This document shows, one piece after another, positions 12,791-28,347 of a DNA stretch of 64,000 nucleotides. Every line of letters starts with the position of its first letter. Position 1 is the first letter of the stretch. The position numbers and the translations under genes are program-made. The notes under the pieces are model-generated. The model was not told the origin of the DNA. It saw nothing but the letters and a program-made list of their open reading frames with translations, and made no database searches. Origin of the DNA: Octopus sinensis (lineage: Eukaryota); assembly GCF_006345805.1 (NCBI RefSeq), contig NC_042998.1:173538001-173602000 (forward strand). Reading direction: 5' to 3'.

Positions 12791-14439
12791 TCTCGAGATA
12801 AATCAGCACTGGAGAAAAAATATGTTGTATGATATGGAAAAGTGTTGGAAAGTGTTTATCAACATAAATAAAATACTAAAAGACCGATAGATTGAGCTGG
12901 ATGAGAATGATAAACGTGAAAGGAGAATGATAAAAAAAATTGGCAAGTTGAAGAGAAAAAGAGATAAAGAAGGGAAAAACAGCATTAAGAAGATGCATGT
13001 GCATGTGTGTGCAACTTTGGGTGTTCATGTTTGAAGATATGTGTATGTGAGAGTGTACGCTTGTATTTGAGAATATTAGATGAAAAAATTATATAACAAC
13101 AAAAAGTCAATGATTGGAACCTGATAAAGAAAAGTAGATAGATAACGAGAACAGAAAGAACTAAGAAAGAAATAAAGATAAAAAAGTGGAAGGAAAGAAA
13201 GAAAGAAAGAAATATACAAAGAATCCAACTCAAAATTAATTATAGTGTTAAAATATTTGATTAAAGGGAATATCTCAGAGGATTTACTATTAGAATGGTG
13301 AAGGCGGAGAAGACATCTAACAGAAAACAGTTAGATGCATTTTAATAGCCTATATGCTCGGAATAGAGTTTCCAATCAGATACACAATAAACAATTATTG
13401 ATTGTTTAACTTAAAGTTTGCAATTTATCTTAAGACTGAAAACACACAAACCAAACTGTTGACAAAAATAAATGAACACATGAGTGTGTGTGTGTGCGTG
13501 TGTATGTGTACGAGCGTGTGTGTGTGTGTGTAAATACATATGCATATTACGCGATGTAATACATGTATATTTATACATATATATGATACATAAATATATA
13601 TATACATATTTATATACATATATATATATATACATACATAGACATATATTTATATTTATATACATACATATATATGTGTATATATATAAATATATATATA
13701 TATAATTTATATACATACATATATATCATATATATATATATATATGTATGTATATATTCGAAACATTCTTTTATTCTTTTACCTATTTCAGTCATTACAC
13801 TATGCGTGTGTATATGTGTGTGTATGTGTGTGTATGTGTGTGTGTATGTGTGTGTGTGTGTGTATGTATGTGAGTGTGTGTGTATGGTTCGGCTAAATGC
13901 GTTCTCATTAATCTAACGTTAAATTATCCCTAGAAAGGAATGTATATATACGTGTGTGTGCGTGCGTGTGTGTGTGTGTGTGTGATGCAATAAAAATGTT
14001 ATCTGTTAACAGTGTTTTTTCTTAATATGTGAAAGCTGTTAAAAATTATTTTTGTTATTTGTGCTTTTACTATATTTATTTTATGGTCAATTATGGCTGA
14101 TCGGCTTTTGTTAGTGAAGCAACGTAACAGAATGAATACGCCGTTCGTCTGATTACAGACTTCTTGCGGTACCGCAAGAAATATATCGATTGTCAATTTG
14201 AGGTTAATGGTTTCATTAAATTATAGAGTCAAACTATTGAAGTATTCTATAATGCTGTTATTTTTGTTTCTATGATTCATATCCCTTTCTTTATCGTAGG
14301 AATATATATATATATATATAATATATATATATATATATTATATATATATATATATGTATGTATATACACATATATATATATATACATATATATGTATATA
14401 TATATATATACATATATATACATATATATATATATATAT

Positions 14440-14481
<42 letters not shown>

Positions 14482-14631
14482 TATCTGTGTGTGTGTATTT
14501 GTGGAGGGAGAGAGAGATGCATACATGCGTACATATAGATGGATGGCTAGATAGATACATATGCATGTACTGTACGCACGCGTACACACACGCATACACA
14601 CCACCTATATATATGTATATAATATATATGT

Positions 14632-14715
<84 letters not shown>

Positions 14716-15713
14716 ATATATATATGTATATATATATTTGTGATATTATACGTATATGCCATATTACCACATGCGGGTCACAAGCCACCTGGGGTAAGCT
14801 TTATTCTTGGAAATATCTAGGAGATGGATGGATGGATGGATGGATTCTTCAAATAATTAATAGCCCGCACAAATGGAAAAAATTACTCTTTGTTCTTTAT
14901 ACTCTCAGCTGAATGTCACTCTCTGACAAGGAATACATAATTTCTACGTTCTGCTTGTTATTTTGTGAATATAATTGCTGAAGGCGTTATATGTCTGTAT
15001 ATAAACATCGTGCATGTACGTATGTATGTGTGTGTCTTTACGTGTGTGTATACAGGCATACATATATATTCACCTATATATGTGTTTGTGAATGTACATA
15101 TCGACGTTTGTACGCATTGTACGGAGAAAAATATTTTAAATACATGCCAATTGTGCTTCGCTTCAAATTTTATATTAGAATGGGTATTTGTTTGAAGATT
15201 ATTTTTTTCATCAGAGTTTAAATAATAGTGCAGTAAAGTGACAAATGATTGTGAGCTTTCTGAAAGCCAGCAAATTCCTAGGACGTTGATTGTTTCACTC
15301 AACTCTTACGTTCGCAGCTATAGCTACAATATCTTCGCTATCGAAAATCTTTCTTTAAGCATAGTTTTATGCATAAGTAGCGAACTTTGTAACAGAATGA
15401 ATGAGATAAAAGAGATTCAACTTTGGTTGGAACCGAGTTGATCAGGGTTTCATTTTAAGTATATTTTTGTTACATAACTGCAGGTTAGCCGTGATAAACC
15501 TCAACGAAGAAGGATGTTGTGCATGCGTGAGAATCAATGTCCTGCTTTATTCTCGCATAGTTTAGATGAGATCAAGTCAGCGCAAGTGTTCTGCCCTATG
15601 TAAAATAGTAAAGATTTGATTCGCGTAGGAATTTGTTGTTATATATATATATATATATATATATACAAAGATTCCTTATTAAGATTCCTTATTAAGAAGT
15701 TGTCCTTAATTGC

Positions 15714-15752
<39 letters not shown>

Positions 15753-15761
15753 TATACACAG

Positions 15762-16200
15762 TGGTTAGAGCAGCGGACTCGAGATCAAGGGATCGCGAGT
15801 TCGAATCTCAGACCGAATCTACGCCATGTGTCTCCACACGGTATATATACATATATATGGTTAGAGCACCGGACTCGAGGTCAAGGGAACGCGAGTTCGA
15901 ATCTTAGACCGAATCTACGCCATGTGTCTCCACACGGTATATGTATATATATGGTTAGAGCAGCGGACTCGAGGTCAAGGGATCGCGAGTTCGAATCTCA
16001 GACCGGGCGATGTGTGTTTATGAGCGAAACACCTAAGCTCCACGCAGCTCCGACAGCGAACTTCTGCTGACTCTTTCATCACAACTTTCTCTCACTCTTT
16101 CCTCTGTGTCCCGTCCAGGTGGGGAACCTATACGCCAAGAAAACCGAGGAAATCGGGAAACCGGCCCTATGAGCCTGCCGTGGCTCGAGAAGGAACAAAC
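15762..16200 (+). mobile_element. tRNA-derived SINE family C with triplicated head
   Basis: A box TGGTTAGAGC at 15762, 15858 and 15952, each followed by B box GTTCGAATC; the third unit runs into a SINE-like body. Confidence 0.8.
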
Positions 16201-16889
16201 ATATATATATCACAATTTGAGTAACAACTCTATCCTTTATCTGCGACTTGTAACACCTAAGTTCTCGGTGAGTTGGTACACACTCTAAAACACCCAGGAT
16301 ATGAAAATGATAAAGAAATAATGCTCCATAAAATGCAAAGAGAGAATTTATATTATTTTATATAATTCCTTACATATTGCGGGTTAAGCATTCATCTACA
16401 AAGGAAAAACGGTTTATAGTTTATTAAAAACCGTAATTGCTTCTAATTAAACGTAAACTGCTTTTCTTCTTTTGATGAATGATTCACCCGAAATGTATAA
16501 AGAACTAAAAACATTATGAATTCTCTTTTTAATTTGTAAGATGTTCTCCGTAAGATTTTCTTTGTTCGCTTATTTCACAATACTTCCAGTGATCTACTAA
16601 TCCGCTTTCATCCAAACTATTGTTCCACAATTTTAAGGCGTTCTACAAACTAAGAATGATTTATTATAGATTTGCTCTTTAGATAAATGTTATAAACATC
16701 TATGACGTACATCAGAGGACATGGAGAATTATTGCTATAATATTTATGCTCTATATGAAATGTAAATTAAAGAAGACTTCTTTCTTAACTGTAACTGTTT
16801 TAGTCTACCTTTACTTTTCTTAAACACAACTAGCAGTGTAATCTCCGATTGTTTCAGATAAGCAACTGCAAATAGTAATACATTCAAGA

Positions 16890-16928
<39 letters not shown>

Positions 16929-16929
<1 letters not shown>

Positions 16930-17250
16930 CAACTTACAAATAAGGACAAACGAAAAAATTTCTAATGCCAAATATGCCGGAATTAGATACATTGTCTATA
17001 ACCATATATTTTTCACAATACGCACGCTACTCGCAAAAGGTCGACAGAAATTTCGAGTAGCGTGAGTATTGAGAAAAATATATGGTTATGGACAATGTGT
17101 CTAATTCCGGCATATTTGGCATTAGAAAGTTTTTCGTTTGCCCTTATTTATAAGTTGTTTACAAATTTAACCGCTAAAAGTATTTTTTAATATGCTGGCC
17201 ATTGATAAAATTTTTTTCGAAAAAATTTTATCCTACATTAAATATATATT
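16929..17250. repeat. Fold-back repeat element, copy 1
   Basis: Arms ~16929-17032 and ~17053-17158 are inverted; a ~90-bp extension is shared with copy 2. Confidence 0.8.
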
Positions 17251-17468
17251 CACTTGTTTCAGTCATTCAACTGCAACTATGCTAGGGCACCGTCTTAAAG
17301 AATTTGTATTCAAATTAATCGACCCCAGTACTTACACAGAAACATACACACACAAGCATATATGTATGTGTATATACAACGGACTTCTTTCGGTTTCCGT
17401 CTATCAAATATACACGCAACGCTTTGATCCGCCCGATACTATATTAGAAGACACTTGCTCAAGGTAGT
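17250..17468 (-). mobile_element. SINE family A, internally deleted and degenerate
   Basis: Contains CTTGTTTCAGTCATT tail and TTCTTTCGGTTTCCGTCTATCAAAT...AGAAGACACTTGCTCAAGG body, as in 4857-5340. Confidence 0.65.
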
Positions 17469-17661
17469 ACGCTTAGTACAACTTCAGTAAAGCTGCAAAT
17501 AAAGCTCAGTTCACCAATTCACCCTTGAAAGCGGTAGCAACAGAACAACAGCAGCTCCAATCTTGAAACATTTGCATTCGATGCATTTCCGACTAATCCA
17601 TAACTGAACACCGTTCAATGAGGCTGGAAAGCACTCTTCTTACAACACAGTCACGCCTATG

Positions 17662-18236
<575 letters not shown>

Positions 18237-18705
18237 ATTGCAATACAAATGTATTACTTTCCAGTAAAAGATAGCCCAATAAGGGTAGAATTATACATAT
18301 AAAAGTAGATAAATGGTACAAGGCACCAATATTTACTTGAAAATAGCAATCGATATAAATACGACGCTATTGTATAGCTTCACTGCGTATTTACTAGCAA
18401 AGACGTGTGTGTGCAACAAACATGAAACAAATTTGTCTCACCTCTAGGAAGAACATTCGATAAATGGACAACCTAGAATCGGATAATGCAGGACCAGTTT
18501 CTAACTCTTCAAATACGTTTGACAACGTAAATTTGATTAGTCTTCATCAGCTGCATTTACCTAGACAAAATTTCAAATGTTGCCACATCAATGCCAGTAC
18601 ACTCGTCTGAACGACAAAACGTTAACAGAACGAGAATAGCGTCGTATTTATATCGATTGCTATTTTCCAGTAAATATTGGTGCCTTGTTGTACCATTTAT
18701 CTACT

Positions 18706-18755
<50 letters not shown>

Positions 18756-19423
18756 GGTGTGTGTGTGTGTGTGTGTGTGTGTCGTGTGTGTGTGTGTGTG
18801 TATGAATGACTATCCGCACATACATACATATAACCGTTTTCTTTTTAGTTACAACAAACTAAATTCCATTCAAACGCTACCGGTCATAACGAGGCAATTG
18901 TAGAATCTATTATTGCAATGTAGCTTTGAACACGTGCGTCATACATAACAAAGCAAATTAATAAAAAAAATTAACAAACACTAAAGTTAAGCATGCATTC
19001 TATTACACGGCCAACAAATAGTACTTTTTTTTAATGACAATAGGATGAGAGACATGATCGGATACCGTTCTATATTTCTTAATATATTTTCTCACATCGC
19101 TCGAATTCTTGATTTGCAATATTACCAAATTGACTTCAGCTTCCAAACGTTGTTAACAGAAGTAATAATATTTTTGTTGTTAGGATCGATTTTCAACTGC
19201 AACTCCTTTCCCTTTTACTGTACCAAACTCCTTCACATGGATATACACATCATAGCCTAAAGTAATTGTTTCCTAAAGCGACAGGCTTCATGCTGGCGTA
19301 AGAAATCAGAATTTTTAATGTTTTTTCACGCCCATGTCATTCATCTTATTAATTCATTTGACGTCCTGAATATCACAATTATCTATTTCCTCCCTCATCT
19401 AGACTAGGCCTAGAGCTAATGTA

Positions 19424-19459
<36 letters not shown>

Positions 19460-19799
19460 TATTGGCATAACTGTTATCATAGGCAGTACAGAAATTAATA
19501 GAAGGAACATCAGTTATCTCCTGATATAAACCGGCTGGAGTAACTATTCTCAACGAGAACTTATCCTTACTTGTGTAGCCGCTATTGAACACGATATTGT
19601 CGCAATATGCAATAATATAATGATAGTTAACCAGCGGAAGCTAAGTTTAATATCATTAGGCGTGTAATCCATCCAGTGAGAGTTCAAATTTGGTCTGTCT
19701 ACCAGAATCTATGAACTATACAAAATCTTAAAATAATGCTCTAATTGGTAAATATATTTCTGAATATTTGGCATCTCCTGACTGTGCTTACCACACCTC

Positions 19800-20620
19800 A
19801 CTTCAAATCATTCCCAGACATATCAACCCACAACACCAGAAACAATGAAGCATACAACACAATTATACAAAATCTCCCTCTGCTCACTCAAGACTCGAAA
19901 ATGAATAACATCTTAAATACACATAAATTCCTCAAATGCAAAAGACAACACAAATCACTCAAGAGACTCCTAACAAATGCAAAACTATACTCAATACATA
20001 CGATACCAACAGTTAAAAAATGCAGACGGCCTAATTGTGATACATGCCCATACCTAACTGAAGGCTCAGAATTCACATTCCAGCAAGGAGAAAAATTCTC
20101 AATTAAGACCAACTTCACGTGTGCTTCCCAGAACCTCATCTATGTCCTAATCTACTCAGGTTGTGGCCACAATTATGTGATCCAAACACACCTTACTTTG
20201 GGACGCAGGGTTACGCGGCATAAAGAACAGATTCGTTTTCCTCAATACACGCAGATAGCCCTGAGCAAACATATCGACATATGCACAAGAAATAAAAATC
20301 CGAATTTCCATATCTTGCCATTATACCAATGCAAAGATTCAGTCTCCTTACAAGAACGCCTACACAAGGAAAACCTGTTCGTACAAAGGTGCAGACCACA
20401 CCTTAATATACAAACTTGACCTCTTCAAAAATTATACTGAGGATTTAGTTGTCCCCCTTGCAACCTGTTACTTCCCTTGGTCCACTCTCGCGACTGATTC
20501 TTATTTTTCAAGCATCCAAAATGGCAAGACCCCTCTGTCACAAGAATTGATTACTTCAATGTCCCTCGAAAAGCTAATTTAAATAGCGAAAACCGGTTGG
20601 ATATCACTACATCCATAAAA
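19800..20620 (+). mobile_element. Penelope-like element 3' part: RT thumb, Cys-rich linker, GIY-YIG endonuclease (Neptune-like), then 3' region
   Basis: ORF 19745-20419: KRQHKSLKRLLTNAK, CRRPNCDTC, FTCASQNLIYVLIYSGC..YVIQT..LGRRVTRHKEQIR, SKHIDIC; the GIY-YIG motif is degenerate. Confidence 0.85.
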
Positions 20621-20784
20621 TATGTATATATTATTTAAAAATTTCTTTGTAAAAAGATATTAAACTATGTGAAACGAATGCATTTTTCTACCACTTTTTA
20701 TATACGTTTTCCACATATTTCCAACTCATAATTTTGGCATGTAGTGTATACTGATTTCCAGTATTTTTGGTCCTTTCATATATT

Positions 20785-20870
<86 letters not shown>

Positions 20871-23800
20871 TATATGTATGTATGTTTGTATGTTGTATGT
20901 ATCGTTGCTATTATGCAAAAGTGCTGTAAGTCCAAAACATTGTTTCTCCAGAAACGAAAAGATAGTTTAATCATTCCAGTTCTTTTTGCATTAGCAACAG
21001 TTTCAGCTTAACAATAATACTTTGTTCGGTGCATAAAATTCTAACTCCCTGTATGTATGATATTTTCAGTCAGAAATATCTTTACAAAACTATCGTATAT
21101 GGTGACTTACTACACGTTTGGAAAATGCTAAACCATTGTACTACACTTCAACAATTATCATATCTTGGCATCTGAAGCAGCTAGTGATACGATATAATTA
21201 AATACCGAAAACAAAACGTATTTGGGCAAATTTGGACATACGACAGTTTAACATAATATCAACAAAATATATAATAAATATATTGACATTACAATTCTCA
21301 AGAATGAAAGAGATGCGGCCTTTCCTAGCACATTCTATATATTAATTGACTGTCAGTCATTCAAAAATCGTCCTTCTGCGTTACCACCATACGATTCTAT
21401 CGGCATTAGACCATTTTTGTGCCCCACTGCCACTTCCAGATATTATTTCGACGTAGTGCAGAGCAGAATCTATTGAGGGACCACACAGTTTCGAAGTAAA
21501 GGTCATAGTCAGGCAGCCAGGCTCGTGTCTAAAGAAATAACGAAACTTTTTGTTTCCACAGAAACTGGTATTTGAATTTTATTATTCATTTCAGAGTCTT
21601 ACAAGAAGTTTTCAGTTATTATTTCGTTTTATATCAATTTTCTCTTGCATCTCTTCAGGTTCGAAATAATTAATCACAGTGTCAAGGATCATTGCAAACT
21701 GGTATAATCCTCTCCCACAACGCAAATAGCATGCGTGTCTCGAAGCTATGCTTAATCATTTTATCACACTCTGAAGGATACGTGTGCTGTACGATTACAT
21801 GGTTTCTGTAGTGTTAATTAGATGAATACCTGCTTGGATAGAACATTTATCTATTCTAGAGACGCTTCTGGGCAAATCTCTGAATTCATTCCTAAGTTTG
21901 TCGAACTAAGATGATAGTCTCCTCGAAAGGACTTCTAGAGATATCAACCTGCAACCTATAAACTGAGAGATAAATCAAATATTTGGTTCAGTGACATTGT
22001 TTTTATATTATGTATCATAATCCGCAACTGACTTCATATCACTGACTTAAACAACTTGGCGATTTTAGATGAAACCTACAGTTAAATGAGGCATATATGC
22101 TTCGAAGATTCTTATCATCAGATAATTATCAGCACCAACTAAATATATGACTCAAGAGACTGACAATCGTTCCGAAGAGAAATTTCTACTACTTCTCAAC
22201 AGTTTTTGAAGCGACATATATTGGCAGGAAAACCAGTATGAGATAAATGCATATATCTTTCATACTGGAAATGCTAAAGAATGCTTGTCAATGTTGCTTG
22301 AATTATGAAGATACGAAAAAAATCACGAAGCTGTAGACAATAACTGGGATGCAAGTTTAATGTTACTTGAATTCCAAAGATAGGTTACTGGAATATAACT
22401 TCAATGTTACTTGAATTTCGAAGATAACAACAGTATCACGAAGCTGCGTAACAAAGTAACTAGAATACAACTTGCAACGAAAATGTTTCCCGATGAAACT
22501 ATTTTTGATATGAACACTTGGTTGGAGGACAAAAATATCTGTCAGATGTAAACAAAAATTCTGTGAAATAGATATCATGATCAAGAATATGATGAGTAAC
22601 TTTGAAAGTTAAACTTTTATTTTAATATCCTACAAGAACTGCCCATTACATTTCATAGATATTTGCACTTTATAAACACATTTCATTTGCTATGCAAATA
22701 AAATACTTTCTGATATAAGTACAAGGTCTGAAATTTCGGAAGGAGGGTCAGCCGATTACATCTACCTTAGTTCTCAACTGTTACATGTTTCAGCGACCGA
22801 CCCCGAAGTGATGAATGCAAAACACTTTCACAGAGGAATCTGAACTCAGAAAATAAAGTCAGAAAACATACAAATACCAAAAGCATTTTGTCCACCGTGC
22901 TAATGGTTCTGCCACCTCATCCTTGTATACAATTTATGACACACAATTTTGATTAAGCATCCATTTCTTTTATCACTACAAATTATCTGCGAAGTGTTGG
23001 CTTCAGGGAGTTTGGCTGCGGGTAATTGGCTATGGTTAGTTGTCATAGACTCAGTATTCGAGAAGCAATATTCTAATGTTATCACGTTTTAAACACATAT
23101 GTTGAAATGTGTTGCCACTTTCCACAAACCTTTTTACCGAGTGCAGCCAAATACTTTCTTGAATCCAACGCAGTGATACAGACAGTTCTGGAATTTAGCT
23201 ATTGGAATCCTAACTAAGCGATGATGAGTATTTATGCATTGCTATTGTTTTATTTTGAACTTTACATTCAGCTCTGACCCTCCCTTAAGTCGCTTCAGAA
23301 GGACATTCACTATCTTTTATCTATGGTGATTGATTATATTTATTATTCTATAGTTCTGACATTTGTCTCTTTTCTTTGAAACATATATAATTCATTAATA
23401 TGTTTATTGTTTCGGAAGTATATTTTTCTTAATTTTATCGCAAAACAAATTACTTTGGTTAATACGGTTTCAGTTGGAACGTTTTCGATTCCTGGTTACT
23501 GATCTGTCATCTGCATTCTCTACAACTTCGCTTGGAATACGAGCACATCCAGGTTCCCAGTCCTACTTTTTAGTATTGTACTAATATTTAGGAATATGAT
23601 GTATTCCTTGTCAGAAGTAGTGACAACTTTAACATTAACTCTCCTACATTCCCTTTTGCTATCCATAATTGGCTGCTATTGCAACTATTGGAGATACATT
23701 CCTTCATCTGTAACACACATTCACAACATTGTATTGTTCTATAACTTTTCATTTCAGCTTAAGTTATCTCTTCTAATTGTATGAGTCTAGACTGTCTTCT

Positions 23801-24184
23801 ATGACAGACTTTAATTTCTCTTCTTACTAAGAATATCTACTGCTAACTCTCGAGGTATTGGTTATAAGCAAATAATTAGAAAGTCGTCTCCCAGCGATGT
23901 TTATATTGTTACCTGATTAGTATTCAAATATTGCAGCGAATTCTGGATGTTTCTATTTTCAGTGGCGAATATTATACATGGTCAACTTTATTTTCGCTGG
24001 TCTCAAAATAGTAGAACAAATAGAAAGATATATTTTCAACGCGTAAATACTGAAATCACGCCTCTCTAATATCCAGTTAGAGTTCTCTACCTTTAAGCTA
24101 CACTGCCGACCAACAAAGTTTTTCTGCAATTTTAGAAGTTATAAAGTCATCCAGAAACGCTAGATGCCATATAGCTAATGCAAT

Positions 24185-24460
24185 ATTTAAACAAACATAA
24201 GTTTTGAAGCGTTGAAATGTATTTAGAACAAGTAGAAAGATATATTTTCAACGCGTAACAGTACACATATAGGATAAAATCCTTTTAAGAGCAGAAACAT
24301 TTGTCGCCACCAAACCATGAGGATCGAACTCACACAGCTCTAATATCCGATTAGAGTTCTCTACCTCTAAGCTAAACAGCCTACGCGTTGAAAAGATATC
24401 TTTCTACTTAATCTACAATACAGTGCTTCAAAAACAAATTTATGTTTGGTTACATATGAC
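24185..24460 (-). repeat. tRNA-like Pol III head enclosed by inverted repeats; partial duplicate at 24012-24118
   Basis: 24230-24257 and 24382-24409 are inverted (27/28 match); the minus interior has TAGCTTAGAGGTAGAG (A box) and GAGTTCGATCC (B box). Confidence 0.65.
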
Positions 24461-25318
24461 GTACTCAAAATAGTGTTTAGTTTAACACTCAGAATAGTAC
24501 ATCTACTTAACTTGAACCATGATATTAGATTATAACAATATAAGCGACTTAATTTGCTTTCTTACCTTGTTAAATAGCTTGCAGAATCACTACAAAACTG
24601 ATAAAGTCTGCTATATAACTTTATATCAACTTTATTTATTATATTTTATTGCATGTAATTGAAGTTAATTTGACGCCGATAGTTAAGATTTTAAAGTGAT
24701 ATGTACTGTACGTTATATTTTATTATATGAGGTACATTTTTTAGAGAGCATCTATGTCTGCGTGAATGTAGTACTTTAACATCGGGGACTATATTTCAAT
24801 AATGTTTCTATTCAAATCATTATCAGTACTTTCCTAATTTTACATATTATGACTTACTTTAAATATTAAGAATTATATGCTACATCTATATCCTTCGTTA
24901 ACTGATTATAATGTTAAAACACCAAATAAATCATATGACGTAAATATGACGTATCTCGTATTTCATTAGCCAGAAGTTAAATATGGAAGTACAGATTTGG
25001 TGCGTAACCAAATGTGATTTAATATTTATCGTGCAGGACAAATCTGCGTACTGCTCTCTCGTTTCCGACCATTTTTAAATATACTCTTCCAATTATTCTC
25101 CTGCTTGTTTCAGTTGGCCAACGGCAATCACTCTGGAGCACTACCTTGTAGCATTCGGCCCGTCAAATTGGCACCGGTGCTTATATCTTTAAACTGATAC
25201 ATATTCTGTTGGCCCTTCTTGCTGATCCGCTAAGTTACGGATACATATGTAAGCCAATACATATCGAATTTTTAGAAACAAAAATTAATAAAAACACAAA
25301 TACGACAATTTATCTACC

Positions 25319-25366
<48 letters not shown>

Positions 25367-25583
25367 TCTCTTACTGTATATATATATATATATATATAAG
25401 GAGAGTTTACGAAACAAACAAAAGACGAATACGTATGTATTAGTATAACGCGCAGGAATAGAAAAACGTATTTTACGTTTCGAGCCTACGCTCTTCTACA
25501 GAAAGGGACACAGAAAAAAACAAGGAGAGAAACAAGGAGAGAACAAAATGTGCGTAGTGGCTAACGAGCTATCATATATATAT

Positions 25584-25617
<34 letters not shown>

Positions 25618-25645
25618 ATATATAATATATATATATATATGTATG

Positions 25646-26453
<808 letters not shown>

Positions 26454-28223
26454 TATATATATATATATATATATAATATATATATATATGTATGTATATA
26501 TGTATGTGTACAGATTATCTTCTTGATTTTTATCATGAATATGCAGTAAGAAAACCGCCACGCTTGAGATGACTATGAAATATTGGGTTATTCCGTTGTT
26601 GTAAAGTACATTTCAGTTCATTGGTTCATTGACATTATTCATCTGTAATTTAACTGTAATTTATTTTTTATTATTTATACTTGATGGTTCTTTTCAAACA
26701 CAGACCAGTTGTAGCCAGCTATAAATTATATTAATTTGTTCTATAAAATAATTCATTTTGTAATTCGAATGAAACCTGCTGGTCTAATACCCTTTAATCT
26801 GTCACAGCATTATATCAGTTATATCCTGCAGCTATCATTCTATAAAATAATGTGCATAAAGGAACTTTTACATAAGGAAAGAGCGAACTCAGCTTCTGTC
26901 ATTAGTAAAAAAAAACTTTTAAAATCAACGTGCTTATTAATATAGAATATGTTTTGTAATATTTTGGAAGTTTTTCCAAATCATTTCTGCATCAATGCAA
27001 CTTTTAAATTTTCATATATATTTGTATTTGTTAACTATTTCATGTATGACGATTATTTGAAGTTTAAGGAATTATTAAGTTGTATGATTTGTCGAAGTTT
27101 ATCCGTTTGTCAAAAAGATTAATTTATAAAATGCTGCTTTCAGGAGAGTAAAGCTCATTATATAGTTTGGGTTGTGTGAGCATTAAACTGAGGGTACCTT
27201 CAAACAGAGAATATATACTTACCTACATAAATATAAAACGTTACCTCACTCACTTCCAATTGCACCCATGGGTATTTATACGAATAGGTTTGCATACAAT
27301 TTGCATAGACTGACGCTGGTATATATACAGAAAATTAGGCGTCGATGTTCTTGAATGATGTAGAGCAAAATCATTTAGATGTTAAGGTGGCATGTAAGGT
27401 TAGACTTTTTATGCCTATTATTTGTAATACAACTATTAATTTCAATTTTCGTATTGTATCCTTGTCCTGAGCACCAAGTAGAATTCCTCTAAGGGTAGAG
27501 TATAACAAATTTTCCCATCCATGTTGTTATATAGCATAGGATTATAAATGAGGCTGGTGTGCTTTTGGAAAGAATTAAAAGAATTAAGAAGTTAATGACA
27601 CAGAAGGAAGAGGAAGGTTATGTTAAGAAGATATTAGTTATATATTTTAGCTGTAATTGGAGGAGACATAGTGGAATGTTTAGAAAATATGGAATACATT
27701 CTTGAGAACATCTGAGCAAAGAAAAAAAAATATATATATATATACAGAGAGAGAGAGAGAGAAAAGGTCGCCAGAATTTTGGAAAATTCTTTTTATTTAT
27801 CCATTATTGTTAGCGCTTTCGTTTGTTTCTCGAACTTGTCAAATAGAATTTTATGAATGTACAAACAGCTTGTCCATTTATATAAAATGTTTTGGGGGTA
27901 TTGTTTAGAAGAGAACATTGTTTTCGTCTTTTTGTGGGGGTTGAGGTTCCATGACAATGGAGATAGATAGATAGATAGGTATGTAGATAGGTTGATAGAT
28001 AGATAGAGACAGGGAAAGAGAGGAGGAGAAGGGGAGCCCCTTCCTATTCACCATGTATTTATTCATTTTGTCATTTACCATTGTATTGAAATGGGTTTAA
28101 GTATATACAGGTGAGAGCGTTGGTATGTGAAAGCACGTGGTAGAATGTATAAAAGACAAAAAAGAGTGTATTTTTGTCTTTTACACACATACACTCACAC
28201 ACACACACACACACACACACACA

Positions 28224-28347
<124 letters not shown>

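Noticed and set aside
15762-16010. Regular repeat-spacer look suggesting a CRISPR array or tRNA genes
   Set aside because: The whole ~95-bp units are near identical (no unique spacers), there are no cas genes, the context is eukaryotic, and no complete cloverleaf forms.
22290-22470. Three copies of AATGTT(A/G)CTTGAATT with irregular spacing
   Set aside because: Decayed local tandem duplication with no further structure.
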